DNA of 63,991 nucleotides, filler included, from Perkinsus olseni (Eukaryota): NCBI GenBank assembly GCA_013115125.1. It is 4 parts of 4 records of this genome, joined end to end, with 100 filler letters (N's around TTAATTAATTAA, not from the genome) between each part and the next. Parts side by side here need not be neighbours in the genome. Positions count along the whole stretch, not along the records: positions 17,072 to 34,039 come from JABANN010000660.1; positions 34,140 to 51,085 come from JABANN010000661.1; 2 more parts are not named here. One strand, 5' to 3'. Shown piece by piece: positions 27,101 to 37,045 of this stretch (position 1 is its first letter; each line of letters starts with the position of its first letter). The notes under the pieces were generated by a model. It saw only the letters and a program-made list of their open reading frames with translations, ran no database searches and was not told where the DNA came from. The position numbers and the translations under genes were made by a program.

Positions 27101-30100
27101 CCCATGAGGTCACCGTGGAGTGCCTAGAGGCCGGTGACGCAGTGGACGTCAATACCTTTATGGGCTTCCTCACTCGAGAGGTACAGCGGAGCAGGGGCTC
27201 ATCACACCACCCCCACCCACCTTCCTTCAGGTTGCAGTACCAGAGGTGACTCAGTGCAGGACCAAGAGTGGTGTCAATCCCCTCGCTGCTACCATTGAGA
27301 TTGATGTTGATGGAACAGAGGGTATGAGATACCTAACATGGCCGAAAGGCTACACAGCCGAGGAGCCCGAGGCCGAGGTGAGCCTGCCCGATCTATGGAT
27401 CGCAGCTAAGACTTGCCCGGCTATTAATGACTTTTTGGCAGATTCCCGCTCCGTCAACTCCGACGAACCCACGTCGTGGCCCAGGGTTCGAGAGCTCTGC
27501 CCGAGTCAACTATGGTGGATTCCGTAATGCCGGAGGAGACAGAACAGCGGTGAGCTCGCTCTGGCCAGCTTGGTCAACAGCGCCGATTCCTCAGACCAGC
27601 GCTTCTCCCAGCAGTGCCGTACCCACATCTCCAATTGCAACAAAGACTACGGCCCACGTGAGACCAAAGGGATAAGCTGCGAGGTCGGAGTCACGCAGGC
27701 AGTATTTTTAGATACCTAGTCAAAACCGACAACGTAACCTGTCGAGGCCTAGGACAACTTTCAAAGTACGCGGCACCGCCTGGGACCGGTTCGATTGATT
27801 TTCTTCAGACCAGCATAAGGACTCCAGGCTTCCCGCATCAGGATCGAGGCTACAATTTCAAGGTGAGCTAAAAGCCCTCCAGTTGAGGTTTCGTAGTTAT
27901 CATTTTCAGACCTCCATTACGCACGGCGCAGTGGACGGGCAAGGAAGGGAAGCTGATGGGTCTAAGGACAGGGTGAGCTGATGGGTCGAGTTAGTAGATC
28001 TAGGGCGATCCTCGGACAGGTCTTCCATCGACCAGCGGGAGATGATGACAACAACCGTGATAGAAGCGCCATACCTTCCCTACCTCAGTTCAATCACCTC
28101 CCGAGCTTCCTCGAGATCGGACCCATCGGGCAACCAGTGAGTCACGTAGCCCCTGGGTTGTGAGCCGACTAGTAATTTTTTTCCCAGCTCAATAACCTTG
28201 GAATCGAAGAGTTGATTTTTGCGCGTAAAGCGTGGTTTTAGAATCGGTTCTGAATTTCGGAGTGGGTTTATTGAACACCGCCTCTGACTCAGACTCCCGT
28301 GCTACAGACTCCGCAAAGGAAGGCGGTTCGCCCCATGAAAGACGACCCCGTGTATCGGGATTGGTACTTCTGGGTCGACATCGACTACACTGTGGATGAC
28401 TGCCCGCCGGGGGAGGACTGCTCTGTGGCTGAGCATTTGGACTGTGGGGGAGTTGAGAACACCCTGTATGTTGCAACCTGGTGGGGCGGCAAGAAGGAAG
28501 CTAGAGTAGGGCGGCAGAAGGGAGGTTCAATGAATCGTTATGAGCTGTTCTCAGGTCCGCATAGACGATCCTATCATGAACCATTGTGGAGGCCCATTGG
28601 GTGCATCGAGAGTTGTTAGTCAACGAGAACTACCGGTAGGACCACGAGGATCAGCCTCGTGGTGATCCTTGACCCCGTCAGCTCGACCCTGCCAACCCCC
28701 TCTCGTGTGCTCCGGTGACAACACCTATCATCAACGCTGGACCCAAGAGTCACATTGTGGTAGCCCACTGTGGCCCCGAGTTCAAGGAGCGCCACGAAGT
28801 TCGATGCGACGCTTCCATCTGGGCCCAGCACTTCGCCTACGGCTGGGGCGACTCTGACAACAGCGGGGTGAGGCGCCGCACCACTGTACTCGAGTATTCG
28901 TCTGCCCGCTCAGTTGGACATACCAGCTGATCTTGTGAAGGCTTGTGCGAAGGCTACAGTACAGCGTATCGACAACCTCCATACTTTGATATCAGCCTCG
29001 TTAAAGGGGGCTACTATCATGCCTGGCAACGACGGGGATAACTTCAAGACTAAGAGGCAGCTGAAGGTGAGGACAGCCGAGACACACCTACCGCTACGCC
29101 CTCTCCTCCCTCAGTTATCTTTCCAAGTGGCGCCCTACCGCTACGAGCCGTCCGTGTTCCACTATCAATGTGAACGTGTCTCAACGGCAGTGGAGATTCC
29201 GGAATCACCGGGTGCCCCAGCTGTGGCCTCGGTCAGAGCTCTCTGCGATTTTGATGAGTCTCACAAGGCCTTCGTGAAGTTGGAGTGCCCAGAGGCGGCG
29301 GCTGTTGCTTTCGCTGTCAAGTGGGGTGGATCTTCGAAGCGTGTGGTAAGCCGATATGAATCAGCACCAATTGGCGCTTTGCAAAAAAATCCTTTTCCAT
29401 AGGTCGGCCTCGGGCCGGAGATCATGTCTCACTCGACTAAGATCGTCAGAGGGTCTGAGGAACTAGGGCCTGCCATCAGTGCCACCATGGATGAAGATAG
29501 GGGCGAGTATCACCTCCAGGTATTAGGCAGCTGGAGTGGTCTGAGCGATAGCGTGCAAGTACCTCTTGTTACCTGTTGTATGTCAGGCCAAGGATACTCC
29601 GGGCTACTTCGTCTGTAACCAGGCTGACGCTAAGATAGAACAGACCAAGGACTTACAGTTCGCCGTCTCGGTGTCCTGCCCCTCACATTATGTAGACTCG
29701 AGGACACAGTCGAATACCAAGCCGAAGCTAACAGTCTATTTCGACGATCCCTATGCTGCTATAGGCTTCTTAGTCCGATGGGGAAGAGTCACTGATGCTG
29801 AGGTCGGCACCACTAGCTCCAGCCTTAGTTGTCATTCGTGTCGATCGATTCTTTCCGGCAAGGACTTTCCTATCATACTCGCTATCGCCTACTAATGGAA
29901 GGTTTTGTGTCAGGTTAACTCGTATTACGCCAGTGAGTTCACTCTGCCGGCTCCTCGTGTGACCGTTGAGAACTCCGTGCCAGAAATACGCATTGATGTG
30001 AGGGTTATCATCACGCTTCGATGCTGTGACCTCTGCCCTTCAGAACCACACCTGCAAGTGTCCAGCCAAAGCACCCGTCGTGCACTCTCCCCAAGGAGAT

Positions 30101-31037
30101 GCTCGAGTGACGTTCTCAAGCAAGCCTCTCATCGCAGTTCGCTACAAGGATCGTATGGTTGCCATGGCCGCCGCGATGATTGCCGGTCACAGGCTTTCTG
30201 AGGTACCACCCGACTGACCCTAACAGGATTATCATCATCGTGGTCATTCAGATCGTTCTTGACACTGCTATCACCCATCATGTTACCCATGTTGGTGTCG
30301 GCGATAACGTGTACATGGGCAAAGAGGAAGAGCATCCCCTCAAGCGAGTGGCATTGCTCATATCCGGTGACACTAACACAGTCCATGATCACATTGTTGA
30401 GGTCAGCTACATCACTTATGCTACCAGGCTCTCAAGTTTACCTTCCCAGGTGCTCCGTCCTGACCTAGTTGCCGGGCCTCTAGAAGATTTCGGTGTGAGA
30501 CGGTATCATCCGGTGGCCTACAGCTGCGGTCAGCACTCCTTAGTAGCTGTCGATGGGCTGGTCTTCACGGCCAAATGTGAGGAGGGTGAGCTACCTCAAG
30601 GTCCCCATCACCATTACGCTCCCCTTCTGGCCAACATCCCTCGCGAGCCGGTGGAGATCGCTCTCACATTCGATGACCCTCGAGCTGTTGAAGCGTTCGC
30701 CGCCTTCTGGAAGGATAGCACACCTACTGCAGACGACGGCCATATGAGTGGGGAGGCCGAGCTTGGTTTGACTCCATCATCGCTTCGGGCATCTAGTCCA
30801 GAAGCTGTTACTAACGGGGCAAACAGGCCCGCTGAGGTTCGACTCAACACGGCACTCCGTGAACAAGGCCGGCCCGAAGGACTTGCAGCTAACAACACAA
30901 CTCCTGGCGCCGACAATGCATTATCAGTCGCTGGTAACGGTACCGACAGTGTTAATAGAGGCACTCGTCGCCATGTTGTCCGACACAACATCAACAACGC
31001 CAATAAGTACCGAATGCGGGCGTCTTTGTCTGAGTGA
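18177..31037 (+). CDS. Very large multi-exon, probably secreted protein (or tandem gene cluster) of >20 divergent Cys/WG modules; unknown family
   Basis: Hydrophobic start MLMLISFVIATLAAF at 18177. Recurrent + exons end in C..C..A-x-x-F-A-x-x-W-G followed by GT donors. Final exon has a low-complexity tail ending TGA at 31037. Confidence 0.7.
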
Positions 31038-31610
31038 AGTGGTTAGCATGTCATGTGTGTCTGTTGTTATTAAATATTGTACTACCACATCTTGAGCTGA
31101 TCATCACCACTCGCCATTTACCGGAGGTGTTCAATCAACTGCTACCTCTCCTGAGTGTGAGTAGCACTCCCTGGATTGAAGTCAACAAGTGAAAGAAGAT
31201 CCTGGAAGCTCTCTTGAAACTCGGGAGAAGGAGTAGTCTAATGAACACTTGGAAGCTTCTCGAGATAATGGAAACAGATTGTCGCTTGATGGTTGAGTTA
31301 GGCTCGTAGCTCGAGTGTCACTAGCAACAGTTGCTGTTGAGAATCTAACCAACTGTGTCAGTATTTCAAGGCCATCTCCAACTCACACCTCTATCCCAGT
31401 CCTGAGCATCTGGGGTTGAGTGGCCGCAGCGCCATCATCAAGCTGTTTGAAGAAGCACACTTAGGGTCGAATACATACTGTTAGCCTCTCCTTGTCTGTT
31501 GCTCATCGGCTGGCGTTACCGCTCGGTTCCAAAGCAGCGCTCCCTTTTCCAAATGTCAGCCACACATCGTCTTGGCAGCCATCATTGCCGCGTCAACAGC
31601 ATCCAATATA

Positions 31611-31860
31611 AACCCCCTTACAAAATAATAGAACATACAGTATTTTTTTGATTTCTCTGTCATTACTGGGACTCTGGTTGTGAGATTTCGTGTGTGAGGG
31701 TATCACTTATGTAAAAACAAAAATATATCAGAGTCACTTCAATATTCGCTCGCCCTAGTAAAATTTCTGAAACGGTCAATTTTTCCGCGCTTCCAAAATA
31801 ATAGAACCTACCCAGCTTATCTTAAAAAATCTGTATGTTCTATTATTTTGTAAGGGGGTT
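31611..31860. mobile_element. 250-bp Tc1/mariner-type MITE
   Basis: Perfect 30-bp TIRs (AACCCCCTTACAAAATAATAGAACATACAG at 31611-31640 and its reverse complement at 31831-31860), TA on both flanks, AT-rich non-coding interior. Confidence 0.9.
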
Positions 31861-32548
31861 TAGCTGCCGATCTTGCAACTGATGCAAGGGAGGCAGCGGG
31901 GTCTCGTGACGTAAGGCTGTAAAAAGGGGTCTTCAACCGTATCCGGAGGCGCCACGATCATCACTGATCAAAAAGGCCTATCTCGGTTTCTACGGCACTG
32001 TCATGCGCGACATCCATTCTTAGGATTTCCCTGCAATAGAGTCAGCCACAGGCAGCTCTTGCTTCTTCACCAATGGGAGGGTCGACGCCACAAGAAATGC
32101 CTTGAAGGTTCATTTTCATATGGGCTTCATCCTGCAAACCACCTACATCACATGCCCGGAGACCCCTTCCCAGTGGGAAGGATTCCAAATCAATTTGTAA
32201 GCCATTGTTGAGATAAAAACACCTACGCCCGGGAGGCCAGTTTTCTCCCTTCAATCGTAAAGGATTCACGTCGGGTTATTACCCTGCTCAGCAGGGCCTG
32301 CTGGTCTGACCAGTAGAGTGACTCACTCTATGTGGCCTGGTGAACACGAGAGGGGCGCTGTATATAGGGAGTCTGAGGATATGGACATCGAGGACCCTGT
32401 CATCGTTCATGTGAAACCTATCGGATAGGTTTCACATGAACGTCGGATTCCGACGGGGGCGCTGGGAAGACTTTTGTTCTAAAGTGCGGGAAGAATTGAG
32501 GAAGCGGTACGGTAGCTTCCAGGATGTGTGCGAGATATCATGTGCTGA

Positions 32549-32667
32549 CGGAAGTTGGGTTGGCGTGTCAATGGGTACCCTTATTGATGAGGGTACGGAT
32601 ACTAACCGACAACATAACTGAAAGAGGACTATAGCAAAGACCCATTGACACGCCAACCCAACTCCCG
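32549..32667. repeat. 28-bp inverted repeat (1 mismatch) around a 63-bp spacer; possible small MITE
   Basis: CGGAAGTTGGGTTGGCGTGTCAATGGGT (32549-32576) pairs with ACCCATTGACACGCCAACCCAACTCCCG (32640-32667). Confidence 0.8.
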
Positions 32668-32821
32668 AATCGAACTCGGGGGAAGTCACATGACCCCAGC
32701 GATTCGAAAGTGGTACAGGGAGACAACCTTTTGACCTTAGCACAAATCTTGTGCGTGCGCACAACTCACAAGTATCTTGCACACGTGTACAAGCTGTCTA
32801 CCTTGCGAAGAAAATGAGCGA

Positions 32822-32912
32822 GCAGGAATCGAACCCGAGTGAGTGACACGAGCCGGGGTCGAACCCGGGTGTACGGATATATGACACAGTGCTCTCCGTA
32901 CTGAGCTAATTA
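32822..32912 (-). pseudogene. tRNA-derived / Pol III-promoter-like relic
   Basis: The minus strand has an A-box-like TAGCTCAGTACGG and two B-boxes, GGTTCGACCCC and GGTTCGATTCC; no clean cloverleaf. Confidence 0.5.
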
Positions 32913-32920
32913 GTCAGAAG

Positions 32921-33402
32921 TCAGAGTCTACTTGGACCGTGTGCCAGATTGTTCTTGGTGTGCACCTTGATCATGGCATAAGGCCTAATATGCGGCAACT
33001 CATGCAGATCCAGTAAGCGACGTCGATAGACGATGGCGGTGTCCTTCATAGCTTCACCTCTACGTACACGTTCTAGCCCAGCTATGGTGGTAGCGCTATC
33101 GGTACAGATTTCCATGGGGTCGTTCTTGCTGGTCCAACCGGCGGGAGTAATCAGACCTCATTTCAGCATAGCAAGCGCTTCCTTGGTGGGCATGCCAGCA
33201 GCACGATACCTTCCTGACCATCTACCGGATATACGTAGGAGTACATGCGTACGCGCGCCCGCCTCGTACAGAGCCTTGACACCCCAACGGTTGGGGCCCA
33301 ACCAGTACCACTAGCGTCAGTATACACTGTAGCGTCTTGGGGCTCAAGCACGGTCCTTCCCAGTGACAACTCAGTATCCGTTGGAGAATCAGAGTCATTC
33401 AT
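32921..33402 (-). pseudogene. DIRS-type RNase H relic
   Basis: ATVYTDASGTGW, EICTDSATT and VHTKNNLAHGPSRL occur in order across frameshifts. Confidence 0.7.
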
Positions 33403-33675
33403 TAGGAAATGAGGATGATAATATCTGATGATGATGCCATACTAGTTAATAAGTCCGACCGAAGTCAATAATAAGTGGTTCGCGAGTTCCCCGCAGCGAA
33501 CAGGTACGCGAGTACATAGCTGATCTATTGCAGGCGAGCAAGCTTCACCTAGCATGCCGCGCGCGCCATCGCGGTTATCACGATGAGAGCCGCTCTAGCA
33601 CGTAGACCTTTCCAAAAGCCAGGAGCGTGGCGCTGTAACACCTTAACCTTAGCGTCCTCAGGCGGTGAGGATCGT

Positions 33676-33960
33676 TCAGTACAGTGACAACTCGTAGAAA
33701 TTACATTCGTACAAGCCTGATCCGTACAGTTTCCACACGTACAGTCTTGGGCCATACACTGACGACTCGTACAGTATCCAGCGGTACAGTTTCAGCCCAT
33801 ACACTGATAACCCGTACACTGACGATCCGTACAGTATCCAGTGGTACACTTCCAGTACGTACAGTGACGAGTCGTACAGTTCCGACTCGTACAGTTTAAA
33901 CTCGTACAGTACTATTTCGTACATCAAATCTTCGTACTTTTCGGAATTTTCGTACAGCTG
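33676..33960 (+). repeat. Array of ~18-19 units of exactly 15 bp with a conserved CGTACAGT core and variable flanks
   Basis: Units such as tccgtacagtttcca, cacgtacagtcttgg, ctcgtacagtatcca, gtcgtacagttccga and ctcgtacagtttaaa, without indels. Confidence 0.9.
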
Positions 33961-34039
33961 GGAAATTTTAACACGGGGTAACTTGTTAACCGAACATTAA
34001 AATGACAGACGGAGCGGCGCGGACCGCGCACACAATAGT

Positions 34040-34139
34040 NNNNNNNNNNNNNNNNNNNNNNNNNNNNNNNNNNNNNNNNNNNNTTAATTAATTAANNNNN
34101 NNNNNNNNNNNNNNNNNNNNNNNNNNNNNNNNNNNNNNN
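34040..34139. other. Artificial contig linker
   Basis: N-TTAATTAATTAA-N. Confidence 0.95.
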
Positions 34140-36125
34140 GTTCCGTACTCGTCCAGGTGACAGTGCACGAGTCGAAAGACCGGATATGCTAAGAATTTGT
34201 GGAGGGGTGTAGAGGTTACTGCCACAGCGAAGGGAGGCGAGTAAACTGACCTGAGTATCTCCCTCAGGCCATCCAGTCCACCATGTGGGTCTAGGTCCGC
34301 TACCAGGACCCTAGCAGCACCCGTGTCCTCCACTGTGGCGATGACTAGCGGCTCAGCGGGGCTGATGCCCTCCCTCGAGAAGGCCGCCATCACTGAGCAT
34401 CGCCTTATGTCGACTACTTCACCCGAGGGGGAGGAGGGCACGAAGAACACTGGCTCCCCTAAAATACATGACAGATGGGTATTGGCAAGCCCCAAGGAAG
34501 CTCCGATCTACGAAGGCAATCCGCGAGGAGTAGCTCACCCGTGAAGAATCCGCTGCTAAGGTCCCACAGCATGACGGCTCCCTCGGCAGACCCTCCAGCG
34601 ACAAGTCCTGGCCTATCGCTGAGACCAGTCATGAAGGTGATGGTCTGATGGTCTATCCCACTCAAGACGACGTCCGAACCATCACGAGTGTTCATCCGCC
34701 TAGCGATCGCCTTGTCCGCCGAGATCACCAGTATCTTCCACACAGTTTGTCCTGCCTTACCCAAGACCCAACACCCGACACTGCCGCAGTCACCGCAGCT
34801 AGAGGGGATGCCTAGCTCAATCTCGACGCCAAAGCCCCCTCCTAGGGTGTCATAATAAAGCACAGAATGCGAGGACAGCTCGACCACGTAACCCTCGTCG
34901 TGGACTGGCAAGACGCCTCCAGTGTTCTCAGGAAGTCTTCGGTCGATAATACCGCAGCCGGCAGCTTCTACCGTCATAACGCTGCCCGTTTCCGTGAAAC
35001 CATACACAGTACGACCGTGCGCGAAGAGCCTCTCCACAGGCCCCCTGTCTAGCTCCACCGGCACCACGCTCTCATCAGCCGACCCCGACCACAGACAGGC
35101 CTTCCCGAAGCCCAGCAAAGCGGCAACGCCGTCATGGTAGATGACAAGCTGTTCACATTGCCCGATCAGCTCAGCGGTAGTGGAGTTGTCCAGAAGCAAC
35201 GGACATCCGGCGCGCCAGGCGACCAGGTGGCGATCGGTAGCAAGGCAGAGGCCCAGGGAGCAGTCCGCTGACCCCCCTCCAGCGGCGCAGAGGACAACCT
35301 CTCTACTGCAAGGCCGCTCGAGGGAGCACGGGGTAGTCGAGAAAACGCCGTCACCACCAACGTTCCACTCGGAGACCCCTCTCCCGCCTCTCTGCCACAA
35401 CACCACCGTACAGCTGTTAGTGACAGCGGCGACGCTCGGGGAGGCCAAGGGACAGCGGGTCGCCTCGAAGAGAAGGAAACCCGTCTGGACGTCCCACACC
35501 GAGACAGCCTTCTCTGTAGCCGACACGAGGCGGGCACGATGGAACGCCGAACCCTCGGAGGAATGTGCACGAGTGAAGCAAAGGTCGATTATCGGGGAGG
35601 GTGACTTCAACTCCAACCACCTGACCTGAATTCGATGTCTCGCCTCTCATTAACTCCGGCCAATCACCTCACCGGTTTCTTCGTGAAGGCCTTCCTCCCT
35701 TCGAACAGGGCGATGACGTTCGGCCTACCTATACCCGAGCAAGCCACGGCGACCCATTCACCTGACGGTACGAGAAAGAAGAGAAAGGATAAATCGAAAA
35801 GAAGAAGAAAAACACGGAAAAACGAAAAAACGGGAAAAAGTAACATCAGGAAAAAGAAAAAATTAGTTATGAACGAGAGAGAAAAATGCGGCCGCACTCA
35901 TGATAAATGTGAAGTCAACATTGATTAATGATGTTATGGTATTAAAAAACATCCCTTCATCATCGTCCACCACCGGCTACCATCAATAGACGCTGCCATC
36001 GGGGCAACAGCGCTTTCCTCTTCGGGTTGGTCTCTTGCACGCCGCCGCCGGCGGCCAACTTTCCGCAGCATCAGCTCCGGCAGAGACCTCGTCTGGGCTG
36101 CTATACTCGGATAGTTTTCACTCAT
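34140..36125 (-). CDS. WD40/beta-propeller-like protein, multi-exon, 3' truncated by the contig edge
   Basis: LVSATEKAVSVWDVQTG and LVAGGSAEGAVMLWDLSSG in the long exon 35616-~34530, with short upstream exons; candidate ATG at 36125. Confidence 0.65.
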
Positions 36126-36186
36126 TATTAAAAAGTCTGCTGAATGCTCTACTGGCACAGTTGTTTTTCTCCCTCAAGTGCGTGCG

Positions 36187-36342
36187 TGCTCATACCACTC
36201 CTTCCCCAACTCGTGACGCCCAAACGCAACATCAATTTCACTGCGAAACTGGGCACCACCACAGAAGGAATCTTGTAAAGTGTCATCAACCCTTGCTATT
36301 CGTCGGCTACTTGCTACCCTCCTCGTCCATCTTCGTGTAGAG
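36187..36342 (-). repeat. Degenerate duplicate of the helicase last codons and 3' UTR (other copy at 39431-39598)
   Basis: Shared blocks tgctcataccactcctt, caaacgcaacatca, ccacagaaggaatcttgtaaagtgt and ctacttgctaccctcctcgt. Confidence 0.9.
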
Positions 36343-37045
36343 ATAGTCCTACACGGTGTCCCGGGACACCTGGTGTCCCGGCCATGGCCGCCAGGCTAGC
36401 ATATTAATGCCCTGCCGGAGGATTGCATGAGAGAGACGCTCATCTGAGGCTGCGTAGGCAGTAGCAGTGAAGGTAGTTGTAGTGATGATAGTCTAACAGC
36501 TGATGAGTACTGAACCGGGTGGTAGCTGCTACACAGCACCATAGTCGTCACTATGTTGTCACTTTCGTGCAGCTGGTCTCTGTTGTCTCCTGGTGTACTC
36601 CTGGTCATGAGTCCGGTGACCCACGCCCAAGAAAACCATTGTAGCATAATACTACAATGCTACTAGCATTGTTCTTCTTCTTCTGAATGTGCACTCTCCG
36701 CAACAGTGTCCCTTACCAGGAGGGCATGTCGTAAGAGCCTTTTTCCTGTACTCGCAGACTGGTCGTGTGCGTGGCAGTGACACGGTGTCACCCTGCTCCA
36801 ACTTGGAACCTGGGCGTGCGTGTGAAGCACCCGCTCGGGTGGATCGGATGATCAGTCCTATCACTACATTTTCCCTCATCGAAAGTTAGTGCGAGTCTGG
36901 TCGAACGGCTACCCTTCCGTTAGCCATATGCCGAATCGAACGCGATTCCTCCAATAATTGTCAAGCGTTGAATTTTGGTGTACATCTGGAAGCTCGCCAG
37001 CGATGAACTCACGGAACGGCTTTCGGCATCTTCGTCATTTTTTTC

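Noticed and set aside
31100-32430. Possible minus-strand transposase relic around the MITE (GNPKNGCRA*QC-like motif)
   Set aside because: Stop-ridden, and similarity is too weak to assign without a profile search.
33326-33348. ACTGTAGCGTCTTGGGGCTCAAG resembling the perkinsid/dinoflagellate spliced leader
   Set aside because: It needs several indels and lies antisense within RNase H coding sequence (LEPQDATV); probably chance.
33676-33960. CRISPR-like repeat-spacer array
   Set aside because: The core (~8 nt) and spacers (~7 nt) are far too short, spacers are partly re-used, there are no cas genes, and the context is eukaryotic.
36916-36930. CCGTTAGCCAT as a relic spliced leader upstream of the intronless protease
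   Set aside because: Too short and degenerate to distinguish from chance, although it would fit retroposition.
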